From contig JAGQWM010000004.1 of the NCBI GenBank assembly GCA_020437365.1, positions 3,568 through 67,567 of the forward strand: a stretch of 64,000 nt of DNA, given 5' to 3'. This document shows positions 18,147-28,098 of this stretch, one piece after another; positions within the stretch are counted from its first letter, which is position 1, and each line of letters opens with the position of its first letter. Below the pieces are notes generated by a model. The model did not search any database, was not told the origin of the DNA, and worked only from the letters and a program-made list of their open reading frames with translations. Position numbers and translations under genes: made by a program. The stretch is from Chitinophagaceae bacterium (GTDB taxonomy: Bacteria; Bacteroidota; Bacteroidia; Chitinophagales; Chitinophagaceae).

Positions 18147-18641
18147 GTGAAACGATTCCGGCATCTTGATTTATATAGCATTGCAGCGTTGAGTTTGCTG
18201 TTGAGCATAACATCCTGCTCCACGAATGACTTGTACGAAAAAACAGTCACCTTATCGCATCATGAATGGAACAATGTGTATAAACCTTCCTTTACATTCA
18301 ATATCAAAGACACGGCTGCTGCGTACGATATTTTTTTTATTATCCGACATACAGATCGGTATAATTACAATAATATTTATATCAACCTCATCACCAAACA
18401 ACCCGGCGCAGACAGTACACAAAAAGCGAGGTACGACCTGACCCTCGCTACCGATGATGAAGGATGGCGAGGAACCGGTATGGACGATATTTATGAACAC
18501 CGTATCAGGCTGACACCTGCCAACCTCGAATTTCATTTCCGTAAAGCTGGAACATATACATTTCAACTGGAGCAAATCATGCGGGAAAATCCATTGAAAA
18601 ATGTTTTAAATGTAGGGTTGAGAGTAGAAAAGAAACAATAA
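18147..18641 (+). CDS. gldH: Gliding motility lipoprotein GldH
   Basis: Lipobox ITSC; LYEKTV...HEW, IRHTDRYNYNNIY, GTGMDDIYE, YTFQLEQIMRENPL...VGLRVEK. Likely GTG start at 18147, downstream of TACATTTG at 18123-18130. Confidence 0.9.
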   Translation: MKRFRHLDLYSIAALSLLLSITSCSTNDLYEKTVTLSHHEWNNVYKPSFTFNIKDTAAAYDIFFIIRHTDRYNYNNIYINLITKQPGADSTQKARYDLTLATDDEGWRGTGMDDIYEHRIRLTPANLEFHFRKAGTYTFQLEQIMRENPLKNVLNVGLRVEKKQ

Positions 18642-18656
18642 TTGCATCTTTGCATT

Positions 18657-19646
18657 ATGCCCGACGCCAGCCGACAAAGAATCCGACGCACTACTTTCAT
18701 TTACTGGATGCTGCTGACCTATATCATTGCCGCATTGGTTTGGTGGTTTATTTCGCTGGAGCGACAAAACAGTAAGATTACACAACTGCAATATAAAATT
18801 GCAAGGATTGAAAACATTCATGCCGATCCGGGTGTTGCTGCTAAAAATGCGACAAGCATTCAAAAAGACCAACAAAAAAACAACGAAAAATATATTGGTG
18901 AAGGCCTTACTTTCCTGGCTTTGATTCTCATTGGCGCCGTATTTGTTTACCGCTCCATCAGCCGGCAATTAAAACTACAACAACAGCAACAAAATTTTAT
19001 GATGGCCATTACACATGAATTGAAAACACCTATTTCTGTTGCCCGCCTCAATTTAGAAACTTTATTAAAATACGACCTCTCAGAAGAAAAAAAACAAAAA
19101 CTGCTCGACATAGCATTGGATGAAACCCTGCGATTGGATTTTCTGACATCCAATATACTTTTGGCAGCACAACTGGACAATAAGAATTTTAATGCCACCA
19201 AAGAAGAATTAAGCCTGACAGATTTGGTAAAAGAAACCATACATCAGTTTCGCAAAAGATTTCCCGACAGGGAATTTCCAACAACTATAAATGTAGATGC
19301 CGATATGAAAGGTGATGCTTTTTTATTGCAAATGCTCATCAATAATCTTGTGCAAAATGCTATCAAATATTCGCCCAGGGAAATACCGATAGTAACGAGT
19401 TTGCAACAAAATAAATCAGGTATTATTTTGCAAATAGCGGATGGTGGCGATGGCATTGCCAACAGCGAAAAAGCAAAAATATTCAGTAAATTTTATCGTA
19501 TCGGTAATGAATCAACACGCAAAACCAAAGGAACGGGTTTGGGTCTTTATCTTTGCCGTAAAATTGCCAAAGCACATAATGGCGACATTTCTGTGACGGA
19601 TAACGAACCAAAGGGCAGTATTTTTATCGTCCGATTTAAATCATGA
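18657..19646 (+). CDS. Sensor histidine kinase (HisKA/HATPase_c)
   Basis: Two TM segments, ITHELKTPIS, NNLVQNAIKYS, DGGDGI, FYRIG, GTGLGLYLC. Confidence 0.95.
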   Translation: MPDASRQRIRRTTFIYWMLLTYIIAALVWWFISLERQNSKITQLQYKIARIENIHADPGVAAKNATSIQKDQQKNNEKYIGEGLTFLALILIGAVFVYRSISRQLKLQQQQQNFMMAITHELKTPISVARLNLETLLKYDLSEEKKQKLLDIALDETLRLDFLTSNILLAAQLDNKNFNATKEELSLTDLVKETIHQFRKRFPDREFPTTINVDADMKGDAFLLQMLINNLVQNAIKYSPREIPIVTSLQQNKSGIILQIADGGDGIANSEKAKIFSKFYRIGNESTRKTKGTGLGLYLCRKIAKAHNGDISVTDNEPKGSIFIVRFKS

Positions 19647-20350
19647 AAACAAAGCAACATACATCCATTTTACTTGTAGAAGATGAAGAAAATCTTCATG
19701 AAGCCTTAAAGCTCAACCTCGAATTGGAAGGCTATGAAGTAACTTCTGCCTATGATGGAGCCGCCGCATTAAAAACTTTGCAAGGCGAATATTTCGACCT
19801 CATTATACTCGATGTGATGTTACCTGAAATGGATGGCATCAGCCTGACCGAAACTGTTCGCATTAGTAATAACGAAGTGCCGATTTTAATCCTGAGTGCA
19901 AAAAACAGTAGTGCCGATAGGGTGTTGGGGTTAAAAAAAGGCGCCGATGACTACCTGACAAAACCTTTCAACTTAGAAGAACTTTTATTGCGGGTGCAAA
20001 AGCTCATCGATAAAAACAAACAACTACAAGATAAATCTTCCATTGATGACAGTTATCAATTTGGCGGCAATACAATAGATTTTAAAGCACAGGAAGCCGT
20101 GAAAGCCAATGGCGAAAAAATACAACTCAGCAAGAAAGAAACGATGTTATTGAAACTGTTGATTGAAAATAAAAATGACGTTGTGCCGAGAGAAAAAATT
20201 TTACAATCCGTGTGGGGTTACAATGTTTATCCGACTACACGCACCATCGATAATTTCATTCTCAGCTTCCGGAAATATTTTGAAAAAGACAGCCGCAATC
20301 CAAAATATTTTCATTCTGTAAGAGGTGTAGGTTATAAGTATTCCGAATAA
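19643..20350 (+). CDS. OmpR/PhoB-family response regulator
   Basis: LLVEDE, LDVMLP, GADDYLTKPF, TRTIDNFI, SVRGVGY; overlaps the kinase stop (ATGA). Confidence 0.95.
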   Translation: MKTKQHTSILLVEDEENLHEALKLNLELEGYEVTSAYDGAAALKTLQGEYFDLIILDVMLPEMDGISLTETVRISNNEVPILILSAKNSSADRVLGLKKGADDYLTKPFNLEELLLRVQKLIDKNKQLQDKSSIDDSYQFGGNTIDFKAQEAVKANGEKIQLSKKETMLLKLLIENKNDVVPREKILQSVWGYNVYPTTRTIDNFILSFRKYFEKDSRNPKYFHSVRGVGYKYSE

Positions 20351-22122
20351 TGCTTTTCTAATGCTGTAATAATATCATTGGCAGTTTGTAACAAGGCTTC
20401 CCGGTTTTCTGCCAATGGTACTTCCGTAAACTGTGCTGTTTCGCAAATTGTCAATACTTGTATCATCTTCTGTAAAATATCTTCCGGCATTTTCTTTTGG
20501 CGGGCAGTTTCCAACAATTTATTTTTATTGATGGCAGTTCCTTCCAACTGAAATTTTTCTGCTAAATATTGCCATAAAACCTGGTACAGGCTCATAAAAA
20601 ATGAGGGTCCGTGCCGGTGAATTTTTGTAGCAGCCGGTTGCAGCAAAGCAGCCGCATCTTTTTGGGGTACAGTTGCAATTGTAACGTCGGTTGGCCCTTC
20701 TCTTTTCCGAAAAATCCAATACAGTAAAACCATACCTGCCAATACGCTAACAATAATAGCGGCCAGTTGTCCGGATCGTTTGTTCAGCGCTTCGATAGAA
20801 GGCTGCCGGATTAATTTCGTTTTGGCCGAAGGCAATTTGCCTTTTACTGCTACGGTCATTGATGGCGTCGAAATGGTTTGATAAAGATTACTGTCTATAT
20901 CAAAATACGACAGGCTGACTGCCGGCAATTGAAAAGCACCTTCTTGCGTTGCCACAAAAGGAAAAACAAATGTGCGGCTACCGGATAAAGGCATTGCCGT
21001 TTTTTCAAAATGATCTTCAATAGTTGGCGCAAAAGCTTCTATGCCTTCGGGCCATTGCACCGTAGGAGCTGTCAATTGAATAAAATTGCCGGCGCCACTG
21101 ACCATAATTTTCAAAAAACTTTGTTCACCTTTTGCCAGTGTTTTTTTCTCCAGTGAAGAAGCCAGGAAAAACTTACCAACGGCGCCACTGAAACTAACCG
21201 GCTTGTTTGTGCCGGGCAACGGTTTTACGTTGATGGTAACAGGTGAAGTTTCTATTTCATTTTCATAATACACTGCATCTGACGGGCGACTGATTGGTTG
21301 TTGTCCGTACATTCCTTCAATTATTTCCTGTTCAGTTTTTTTATGCACCAATGACCGGGAAAATGCCACACTGTTTTTTATTTTCATGGCATCAATGGTA
21401 AACTGCCCGGCTCGCAACGGAAACAATTGTAGTTGTCGAATTGTATGTACATCAAAAAGTTTTCCATGGATTTTTTGTGTGGTTTGCACTTTATCAGCCA
21501 GGCTTATCATGTCGAAAACCGAAAATCCATAAAACCCGGGGTTTTTGATGATATCAGATCGGGATTGCAAACAGGAATAGAGTTTGTAGGTTACAAGTAT
21601 AGGTTCGCCCATAATACAAGTTTTTTTATCGACTTCTACTCGCACAAAAAGATTATTTTTTATTTTTTGATAAGGGTCTTCGCCCGGTTGCAAATAATAA
21701 TCGTTGGCTGAATATTTTTTAGCCGCTTTTTCTTTGGCTTCCGCTTCTTGTTTGGAAATGATGGTGATGGGGGCGTTATTACTTGTCCATGGTTTTTGAT
21801 CAATCAAAGCGGAAGCACCTTGAATCAAAAAATGGCCCGGGCGTATGGCTTCCAACGTATAGACAATATTGCGAACCGGTTTTTCGCCTAGTAAAGTTGC
21901 TGCACTTCCCATATATAAACTAGGGCCTGCCACCACCCGAAAATCAGGAAAGCCTGTAGTTTTGAATCCATCAACTTTCTGTGCCCCTTCAATTACAAAT
22001 TGTACACGAAATGAAGAACCCACTGTAATTTTTTCGGGTGGCACAATGGTTTTGAAAACTACCTGTGCGGGTAAACACAGTGGCAGGCAAAAAAACAAGG
22101 CTATGGCAAATCTTTTTTTCAT
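20332..22122 (-). CDS. BatD family protein
   Basis: Signal peptide, repeated beta-sandwich units (VEVDKKTCIMGEPILVTYKL; FSGAVGKF; SYFD), single C-terminal TM and a helical tail. Confidence 0.8.
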   Translation of the reverse strand: MKKRFAIALFFCLPLCLPAQVVFKTIVPPEKITVGSSFRVQFVIEGAQKVDGFKTTGFPDFRVVAGPSLYMGSAATLLGEKPVRNIVYTLEAIRPGHFLIQGASALIDQKPWTSNNAPITIISKQEAEAKEKAAKKYSANDYYLQPGEDPYQKIKNNLFVRVEVDKKTCIMGEPILVTYKLYSCLQSRSDIIKNPGFYGFSVFDMISLADKVQTTQKIHGKLFDVHTIRQLQLFPLRAGQFTIDAMKIKNSVAFSRSLVHKKTEQEIIEGMYGQQPISRPSDAVYYENEIETSPVTINVKPLPGTNKPVSFSGAVGKFFLASSLEKKTLAKGEQSFLKIMVSGAGNFIQLTAPTVQWPEGIEAFAPTIEDHFEKTAMPLSGSRTFVFPFVATQEGAFQLPAVSLSYFDIDSNLYQTISTPSMTVAVKGKLPSAKTKLIRQPSIEALNKRSGQLAAIIVSVLAGMVLLYWIFRKREGPTDVTIATVPQKDAAALLQPAATKIHRHGPSFFMSLYQVLWQYLAEKFQLEGTAINKNKLLETARQKKMPEDILQKMIQVLTICETAQFTEVPLAENREALLQTANDIITALEKHYSEYL

Positions 22123-22202
22123 GGCACAACTACTAAAATAATAGAGATACCGGAAAGTAAAATGATAATCTATACCAATGGAAGAATGCTTAGGTCAGTG
22201 GT

Positions 22203-22901
22203 TTATAAATCGCCCAGTTGCGGCCGAATGACGAGTTCTTCTACACAGGCTTGTGGCGATAATGTTGTACAAGCCACAATCATTTTAGCTACATCATCGG
22301 CTTCCATGATGCGTTTTTCTGTATTATCAAAACCTTTCCATGAATCTGTCATTGCCGAACCGGGATACAGGGCTGTTACTTTTATACCATAAGGTTTTAA
22401 TTCTTCCCGCAAATTCATGGTGAAGCCACGCAATGCAAATTTGCTGATGCTATAAGCACCGCCATTATGATAGGCTTTCAAAGAAGCTACAGAGCACAAT
22501 GTAAAAATATGTCCCGATTTTTTTTCTTTCATCTTGGGTAACAATGTCCGGGTAAAATGATAAGCACTGTATAAATTGGTTTGTATCTGGCTTTCCAGGT
22601 TACCATCAGCTTCATCGGCAACGCTGCCCGGTTCGAACAAACCGGCATTGTTGACAACAATATCCGGTACCGCTGTGGCCAGGCACCATTCTGCAAATGC
22701 AATGGCTTCTTTTTTTTGGCTCATGTCAACCGGTTTCGCTTTTATTTGCACGGCAGGAAATCTTGTTTGCAATGCTTCCATTGTTTTATACAATGCCATT
22801 TCTCCCCTGGCACAAAGAAAAATATCATGGCCTTGAGCAGCAAAAAGTTCTGCGGTGGCTTTACCAATTCCTTTTGATCCTCCTGTTATAATTACCTGCA
22901 T
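22203..22901 (-). CDS. Short-chain dehydrogenase/reductase
   Basis: ITGGSKGIG, VNNAG, YSISKF. Likely start MQVII at 22901; TAGCTTTG at 22944-22951 on the minus strand. Confidence 0.9.
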   Translation of the reverse strand: MQVIITGGSKGIGKATAELFAAQGHDIFLCARGEMALYKTMEALQTRFPAVQIKAKPVDMSQKKEAIAFAEWCLATAVPDIVVNNAGLFEPGSVADEADGNLESQIQTNLYSAYHFTRTLLPKMKEKKSGHIFTLCSVASLKAYHNGGAYSISKFALRGFTMNLREELKPYGIKVTALYPGSAMTDSWKGFDNTEKRIMEADDVAKMIVACTTLSPQACVEELVIRPQLGDL

Positions 22902-22960
22902 GATATAAAGATTATTGATTGTAAAATTTTTCCGGTTTCTTTGCAAAGCTACAATCTGTT

Positions 22961-23668
22961 ATGAAGTATCAACATCTCCTTTTCGACCTCGATCATACCC
23001 TTTGGGATTTTGCCTCCAATTGCCGTGTTACACTGGCCGAAATTTATGAAGAAATGGCCTTAGAACAAAAAGGCATTCACAGTTTTGACTTGTTTTATAC
23101 CAACTACCAGGTGCACAATGAAAAATTATGGGAACGCTATCGCAATGGATTTATCAAACAGGAAGAACTCCGGGTAAAAAGAATGCGACTGGCATTACTC
23201 GATTTCAAAATTGCCGATGAAAAACTGGCCATCGCCATGGGCGAAAGGTTTTTAGAATTATTACCAACTCGAACTATTTTATTTCCACATACAATAGAAT
23301 TGTTAGCCTATCTTTCAGACAAAGGCTATCAATTACATCTTGTAACAAATGGTTTTGAAAAAACGCAACACAGCAAATTGAAATATTCGGGACTGAGTGA
23401 ATATTTTGAAGAAGTCATTACGTCGGAAAGCAGTAACAGCCTAAAACCTAATAAAGAAATTTTTGAATTCGCTTTTCAAAAAATTGGCACTGACCCTTCT
23501 GCTACTATTATGATTGGCGATACCTTGGCCGTGGATATTCTCGGTGCCATGAATGCCGGAATCGACCAGATTTATGTGAATCATATTTCGAAAGAAAAAG
23601 AAAGTATCAACGGGCAATTTCCAACTCACACGGTTTATTCATTAAAAGAAATTGAGGGTATTTTATAA
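22961..23668 (+). CDS. yjjG: YjjG-family HAD pyrimidine nucleotidase
   Basis: FDLDHTLWDF, VTNGF, KPNKEIF, MIGDTLAVDILGA. Confidence 0.9.
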   Translation: MKYQHLLFDLDHTLWDFASNCRVTLAEIYEEMALEQKGIHSFDLFYTNYQVHNEKLWERYRNGFIKQEELRVKRMRLALLDFKIADEKLAIAMGERFLELLPTRTILFPHTIELLAYLSDKGYQLHLVTNGFEKTQHSKLKYSGLSEYFEEVITSESSNSLKPNKEIFEFAFQKIGTDPSATIMIGDTLAVDILGAMNAGIDQIYVNHISKEKESINGQFPTHTVYSLKEIEGIL

Positions 23669-23671
23669 TCC

Positions 23672-24328
23672 TTACCAATTGGCGATAACAGTTACACCAC
23701 CTTTTGTTTTGTCGCCTATTTTCACTTGCAGATTTGTACCCAACGGCAACAATAAATCGACACGGGAACCAAATTTAATAAAGCCCATTTCTTCCGTTTG
23801 ATTAGCAGCTTGCCCCACTTGCAAATAATTACAAATTCTTCTGGCCATAGCACCGGCAATTTGTTTGACCAATAATTCTTTTCCATCATGTTGATAAACG
23901 ACGGTATGCCGTTCATTTGCGGATGATGATTTCGGATGCCAGGCTACAAGATATTTTCCTTTATGATATTCGCTGTACACAACTTCGCCACTTACCGGAT
24001 TGCGATTGACATGCACATTGGCGGGACTCATAAAAATTGAAACCTGGATTCTTTTATCTGAAAAATATTCATCGGCCTGCATTTCCTCAATCGTCACAAC
24101 TTTTCCATCTGCGGGAGCAATAATAGCCTTTTCATCAATCGTCAACTTACGGCTCGGAATTCTGAAAAACGAAATCATAAATAATAACAAGCACAATGTT
24201 ACAATAAATAGCAGCAGGCTAAGAATGGGAACATAAGGACTCACAAAATAAAAAGACAATACATTGATCAGTCCGAATACAATAACGCTAATCGCAATAG
24301 ACTTATATCCTTCTTTGTGTATAATCAT
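23672..24328 (-). CDS. psd: Phosphatidylserine decarboxylase proenzyme
   Basis: FFRIPSR, APADGKV, SIFMSPANVHVNR, QIAG, GFIKFGSRVD cleavage motif. Likely start 24328. Confidence 0.93.
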   Translation of the reverse strand: MIIHKEGYKSIAISVIVFGLINVLSFYFVSPYVPILSLLLFIVTLCLLLFMISFFRIPSRKLTIDEKAIIAPADGKVVTIEEMQADEYFSDKRIQVSIFMSPANVHVNRNPVSGEVVYSEYHKGKYLVAWHPKSSSANERHTVVYQHDGKELLVKQIAGAMARRICNYLQVGQAANQTEEMGFIKFGSRVDLLLPLGTNLQVKIGDKTKGGVTVIANW

Positions 24329-24375
24329 GTCAAAACGGTTCTTTACAAATATAACAAAAGCCCATGCTTTATATT

Positions 24376-25257
24376 TTAATGCAAAAACTGAAGGAAAATC
24401 CAAACTACAGGTGTAGCCAATAAAAGAGAATCGAACCGATCGAGAAAACCACCATGGCCGGGTAAAAACTGGCCACTGTCTTTAACCCCTGCCATTCTTT
24501 TTAGTTTCGACTGAAACAAATCGCCCCATACGCCAGCCAGCGCCGCTACAAAACTTAATACAACCCAATTGAAAAAAGATTTTTGCAATATTTCATGTTC
24601 ATCGAAATAATATGCAGCATAACCAACTATGCAAGCGGCACAAATCATTCCACCCAATGTACCTTCCCATGTTTTTTTAGGCGAAATTTTTGTCAGCGGT
24701 GTTTTGCCAATCAGCGACCCAACTATATAAGCCATGGTATCATTGACCCACATACAGGCAATGATAAACAAAGGAAGGAAAACAACTTGCCAGGAAAATA
24801 AAGAGGTACTATCAGTTGCATACAATCCATATAAATGAATAAGGAAGCCCAATGAAACAGAAATATAAATCAAACCCAACAAAGCCATACCGAAAGCTTT
24901 TAATTGAATCTGCTTTTGTTGAAAAATACCCACAATTAATATGGCAAATCCTGCCGCCGAAACGGGCAGTGAAAAATTATCTTTCAATCCATAGCCATTA
25001 ATTTGAAAAACTGAACGACAAAAACAAAGCATTATACCATAACCCATCACCATCAAACCCAATTGTGTATAGGCTTGAAATTTTGTAGTAAAAATTTTTT
25101 TACTCAATTGCAAATATTCCCACCAACAACCAAAATGGATGATGGTCAATAAAACCAGGAAACTCCATTTATTCCAAAGCATGCCGACAAGCATTACCAT
25201 TGCAAAAACAATTGCTGTCAGACTGCGGGTTTTAAAACTGGAAAATTGTAAAGCCAT
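24376..25257 (-). CDS. cdsA: Phosphatidate cytidylyltransferase
   Basis: NDTMAY, ISPKKTWEG, KDSGQFLPGHGGFLDRFDS. Confidence 0.95.
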   Translation of the reverse strand: MALQFSSFKTRSLTAIVFAMVMLVGMLWNKWSFLVLLTIIHFGCWWEYLQLSKKIFTTKFQAYTQLGLMVMGYGIMLCFCRSVFQINGYGLKDNFSLPVSAAGFAILIVGIFQQKQIQLKAFGMALLGLIYISVSLGFLIHLYGLYATDSTSLFSWQVVFLPLFIIACMWVNDTMAYIVGSLIGKTPLTKISPKKTWEGTLGGMICAACIVGYAAYYFDEHEILQKSFFNWVVLSFVAALAGVWGDLFQSKLKRMAGVKDSGQFLPGHGGFLDRFDSLLLATPVVWIFLQFLH

Positions 25258-25271
25258 TATCAATTTGAAAG

Positions 25272-26225
25272 TTAAATTTGCGAAGCGTCCTGCGATTCTT
25301 CATCAACGGCAACCGGTAAATTTTGCTCTTGCTCTTTCTTTGTAATTTTTATGAAATAATAAAAAACCAGAATCAAAATGGGCAGTACAAAAACGCCGGC
25401 CCAGGTTTCGCCACTGGTATCGCTCAGCGTAGTATCAATAGATTTCCCTTGTGTCATACTGATATATACCATTGTAATGGCGATGGCATTATTGATAAAA
25501 TGCCCTATAATGGAAAGCCACAATTTGCCCGAATAATAAAATATGGCTCCTAAAATAATTCCTAAAAACAACCTCGATAAGAAACCATAATAAGAAAGAT
25601 GTGCCAGGCTAAATAAAATACTAACTACAATAATGGCTGCCCAGGGTTTTTTGGTAGATCTGGCCAGGAAGTTTTGTAAGCCACCACGGAATAAAGTTTC
25701 TTCGCATAGTGCCGGTAAAAACGCCATCACAAAAAGAGCAATGAGATAATCGCCAAAATTTTTCATTGTTAATATAGCAGCTGCCTGGTTATTATAATCC
25801 GCTTCCATTTTATCAAACTGTTCTTTTAGCGAAGCGGCTATTTGTATATGATCATTGAAATAAGCCAGCGCAGATGAGAAAAACAAAGCTGTTAACATAA
25901 TAACGGCTACCAAAACAATTTCATTCCTGTTGATGCTTTTTTTATACCCTAATAAATGCATCGGCCGGCGGTTCAATAAATAAGCTGTAACAATGGCCGG
26001 TAGCAGAAAGCCGACAATTGTCGTTACCACCTGTATCATTTTTACAGCATTGGCATTGGCCGGATTGCTCATACCATCAGCCATTGAGGAAAAAGGCAAT
26101 CCTGTCAAGGCCTGCCAAATGGGAATACTCAACAGGCCTGCCATGATAACACCTACAATTACAAAAGCTATCAGGATAAAAAAACCGGCGATATAGGAAA
26201 TACCCTTCGAATGGTTGTCGTACAT
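25272..26225 (-). CDS. CPBP/Abi-family intramembrane glutamic endopeptidase
   Basis: PALCEETLFRG, FSLAH, GHFINN; multiple TM segments. Confidence 0.9.
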   Translation of the reverse strand: MYDNHSKGISYIAGFFILIAFVIVGVIMAGLLSIPIWQALTGLPFSSMADGMSNPANANAVKMIQVVTTIVGFLLPAIVTAYLLNRRPMHLLGYKKSINRNEIVLVAVIMLTALFFSSALAYFNDHIQIAASLKEQFDKMEADYNNQAAAILTMKNFGDYLIALFVMAFLPALCEETLFRGGLQNFLARSTKKPWAAIIVVSILFSLAHLSYYGFLSRLFLGIILGAIFYYSGKLWLSIIGHFINNAIAITMVYISMTQGKSIDTTLSDTSGETWAGVFVLPILILVFYYFIKITKKEQEQNLPVAVDEESQDASQI

Positions 26226-26341
26226 ATTTTTGGCAATTAAAATGTAAATTTGCAGCTTAATTTTTAAAACAGGATTGAGTTGGATACTCTTCCTGCAGTT
26301 GCCTTAAGGCAGCTAAACAAAAATAAGTAATTGCAAATTGA

Positions 26342-27379
26342 ATGGTAAAAATTGGCCACATAACGCTTTCAGATTTTCCTTTGTTCTTGGCACCGATGGA
26401 AGACGTCAGTGATCCGCCGTTTCGTGCAGTTTGTAAAGATCATGGTGCCGATATGATGTACACCGAATTTATTTCCAGCGAAGGATTAATCCGGGATGCC
26501 ATTAAAAGCCGTAAGAAACTCGATATTTTCGATTATGAAAGGCCGGTTGGTATTCAGATTTTCGGTGGCGATGAAGAAAGCCTCGGCCTGGCGGCCAAAA
26601 TAGTAGAAGTTACCAACCCGGATGTGTTGGATATTAATTTCGGATGCCCGGTCAAAAAAGTAGCTATGCGTGGCGCCGGCGCCGGTGTGTTGAAAGATAT
26701 AGACCTGATGGTTCGATTGACCGAAGCCGTTGTAAAATCCACTTCGTTGCCAGTAACCGTCAAAACCCGTTTGGGATGGGATGAAAACACAAAAAACATT
26801 GAAGAAGTAGCTGAGCGGTTGCAAGACGTAGGAATACAGGCATTGGCTATTCATGGACGAACCAGGACACAGATGTACAAAGGTGAAGCTGACTGGACAC
26901 TCATTGGAAAAGTAAAAAACAATCCCAGGATACAGATTCCCATCATTGGCAATGGCGATATCGAATCGCCGGAAAAAGCATTGGCATATAAAAACAGATA
27001 TGGTGTAGATGGCGTTATGATTGGCCGTGCAGCTATTGGTTATCCCTGGATTTTTGATGAAATAAAACATTTTGTAAAAACCGGTGAGCATTTACCATCG
27101 CCTTCCATTACAGACAGGATTGCTGTTTGCAGAAAACATTTAAAACTCTCTGTTGAATGGAAAGGGCCCATTGTAGGTATCAATGAAATGCGTCGTCATT
27201 ATACCAATTATCTGAAAGGCCTACCTAATATCAAAGCTTTTCGTCAGCGCCTCGTTACGCTTCCTACCGAAGCTGACATCAACGAAGTGTTGGACGAAAT
27301 AGCAGCTACTTACCAAGGATATGAATTTGAAAAAACAGCGATTGAATTAATCAATTACCACGAAAAATGTGCAGTATAA
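26342..27379 (+). CDS. dusB: tRNA dihydrouridine synthase DusB
   Basis: LAPMEDVSD, QIFGG, DINFGCP, VKTRLGW, IHGRTR, GNGDI, VMIGRAA; TAAATTTG at 26246-26253. Confidence 0.95.
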   Translation: MVKIGHITLSDFPLFLAPMEDVSDPPFRAVCKDHGADMMYTEFISSEGLIRDAIKSRKKLDIFDYERPVGIQIFGGDEESLGLAAKIVEVTNPDVLDINFGCPVKKVAMRGAGAGVLKDIDLMVRLTEAVVKSTSLPVTVKTRLGWDENTKNIEEVAERLQDVGIQALAIHGRTRTQMYKGEADWTLIGKVKNNPRIQIPIIGNGDIESPEKALAYKNRYGVDGVMIGRAAIGYPWIFDEIKHFVKTGEHLPSPSITDRIAVCRKHLKLSVEWKGPIVGINEMRRHYTNYLKGLPNIKAFRQRLVTLPTEADINEVLDEIAATYQGYEFEKTAIELINYHEKCAV

Positions 27380-27381
27380 AA

Positions 27382-27840
27382 CTATTGCCAGTATTGTTTC
27401 ATTAATTCTTCACTCCAGGCTGGTTGTACAATTTTCTTTTGCGGCAAAAATTCTTTCAGCACAGGTTTAATATCTAATACAGGTGTTCCATCAATGGCAT
27501 CCAAATATTTTACCCATATTTTATTGCCTTCTCTTTTTATCAATTCTACAATGGTAAGCCCCAAAGCGTTTGGCCTGTTTTTTTTACGTTGTGCGAAAAT
27601 GCCAACTTCCGGCCAGTTTTTATTGCCTCGTGGGTAACTATTATATAGAACAGTAGATGAATCAGTTTGATTGAAATAAAAAATGATTTCCAGGTGCGAA
27701 AATGTATCAATGCCATTGAAAGCAGTTGCAGGTATTTTTTCTACCAATTCTATTTCACTGATAATGCTGCCCCAGAAATCATCAGACAAATCATTCCTGC
27801 TATTCTTTACAAAAGCCACCGGGTTCATATTTATTTCCAT
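27382..27840 (-). CDS. TsaA/TrmO (YaeB)-like SAM-binding domain protein
   Basis: FSHLEIIFYF, GIFAQRKKNRPNALGL, LDAIDGTPVLDIKP. Confidence 0.88.
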   Translation of the reverse strand: MEINMNPVAFVKNSRNDLSDDFWGSIISEIELVEKIPATAFNGIDTFSHLEIIFYFNQTDSSTVLYNSYPRGNKNWPEVGIFAQRKKNRPNALGLTIVELIKREGNKIWVKYLDAIDGTPVLDIKPVLKEFLPQKKIVQPAWSEELMKQYWQ

Positions 27841-27849
27841 AAAATATTT

Positions 27850-28095
27850 TTAAGTCATTTTAATTTTCATTGCCTTCATCAAACCATAAACCGACACCAA
27901 AAACCATGTGCCTTCTAAAATAACAAACGGCCAGTAATCAATTAATAGAGAGGCATAACAAGCCAATCCTGCACCAACGGCATTCAATACAAAATAAAGT
28001 TTGCCGTCATTTTGAATAAATTTTTCAGTAGAAAGAAAAAAGGCCACTAAAATCAGGCCGACACCAATGGTGCCAATTATGTCATTATACACCAT
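27850..28095 (-). CDS. Small membrane protein (CBU_0592-like)
   Basis: 81 aa, 3 TM; IGTIGVGLILVAF...YFVLNAVGA...PFVILEGTW. Confidence 0.75.
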   Translation of the reverse strand: MVYNDIIGTIGVGLILVAFFLSTEKFIQNDGKLYFVLNAVGAGLACYASLLIDYWPFVILEGTWFLVSVYGLMKAMKIKMT

Positions 28096-28098
28096 GAT

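Noticed and set aside
26486-27091. 201-aa antisense ORF within dusB, and similar 60-180 aa antisense or alternate-frame ORFs throughout
   Set aside because: Fully overlap well-supported genes and show no recognisable domains
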